DNA of 26,938 nt, taken from positions 9,992-36,929 of the forward strand of contig JBHLNS010000035.1 of the NCBI GenBank assembly GCA_048941285.1, given 5' to 3'. Shown here piece after piece: positions 26,902 through 26,938 of this stretch (the first letter of the stretch is position 1; the number at the start of each line of letters is the position of its first letter). The position numbers and the translations under genes were made by a program. The notes under the pieces are model-generated. The model ran no database searches and had not been told where the DNA came from. It was given only the letters and a program-made list of their open reading frames with translations. Source of the stretch: Promethearchaeota archaeon. Its GTDB lineage: Archaea; Asgardarchaeota; Lokiarchaeia; Sigyniarchaeales; SOKP01.

Positions 26902-26938
26902 CTAATTTTTTCCAGTTAAATTGTTGTGAAATTGAAGA

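Noticed and set aside
1-26938. CRISPR arrays, tRNA/rRNA genes, transposases, integrases or defence systems
   Set aside because: I saw no regularly spaced repeats, GC-rich structured RNA segments or recombinase/nuclease motifs.

Overview
A very AT-rich, gene-dense window that most likely comes from an Asgard archaeon (Lokiarchaeia-like). This is an inference from a degenerate Ras/Rab-fold protein, a large single-pass protein with a cytoplasmic longin-like domain, paralogous stand-alone 7TM proteins and AGGTGA-type ribosome-binding sites. I found no rRNA, tRNA, CRISPR array or mobile element. There are about 27 CDSs: surface proteins (NIDO-like, NosD-like beta-helix, longin-tailed receptor), lipid-related enzymes (UbiA prenyltransferase, GGR-like flavoprotein, PlsC-like), transporters (two Ca2+/cation antiporters, EamA, GPH-family MFS) and catabolic enzymes (C45 hydrolase, Eda, M29 aminopeptidase, class-III aminotransferase). 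The best candidate for an undescribed system is the co-oriented cluster at 4322-7501. It encodes an Fe-S reductase/dehydratase-like subunit, an ATP-dependent HgdC/BadFG-type activase, a small helical protein and a PlsC-fold protein lacking its catalytic His, and resembles a split bacterial plasmalogen-synthase/glycerol-ester-reductase module. A second candidate is the eukaryote-like signalling neighbourhood at 10611-16672 (C2-like protein, pseudo-GTPase, 7TM proteins, Zn ribbons, Ca2+/cation antiporter). Features the ORF track misses: a partial secreted protein at the left edge, an internally deleted 7TM paralogue, a 51-aa RHH regulator with a phased ATCC array, a uORF/hairpin leader, and a homopolymer frameshift that cuts off the signal peptide of the last gene. 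All family calls are from motif recognition by eye; no searches were run.
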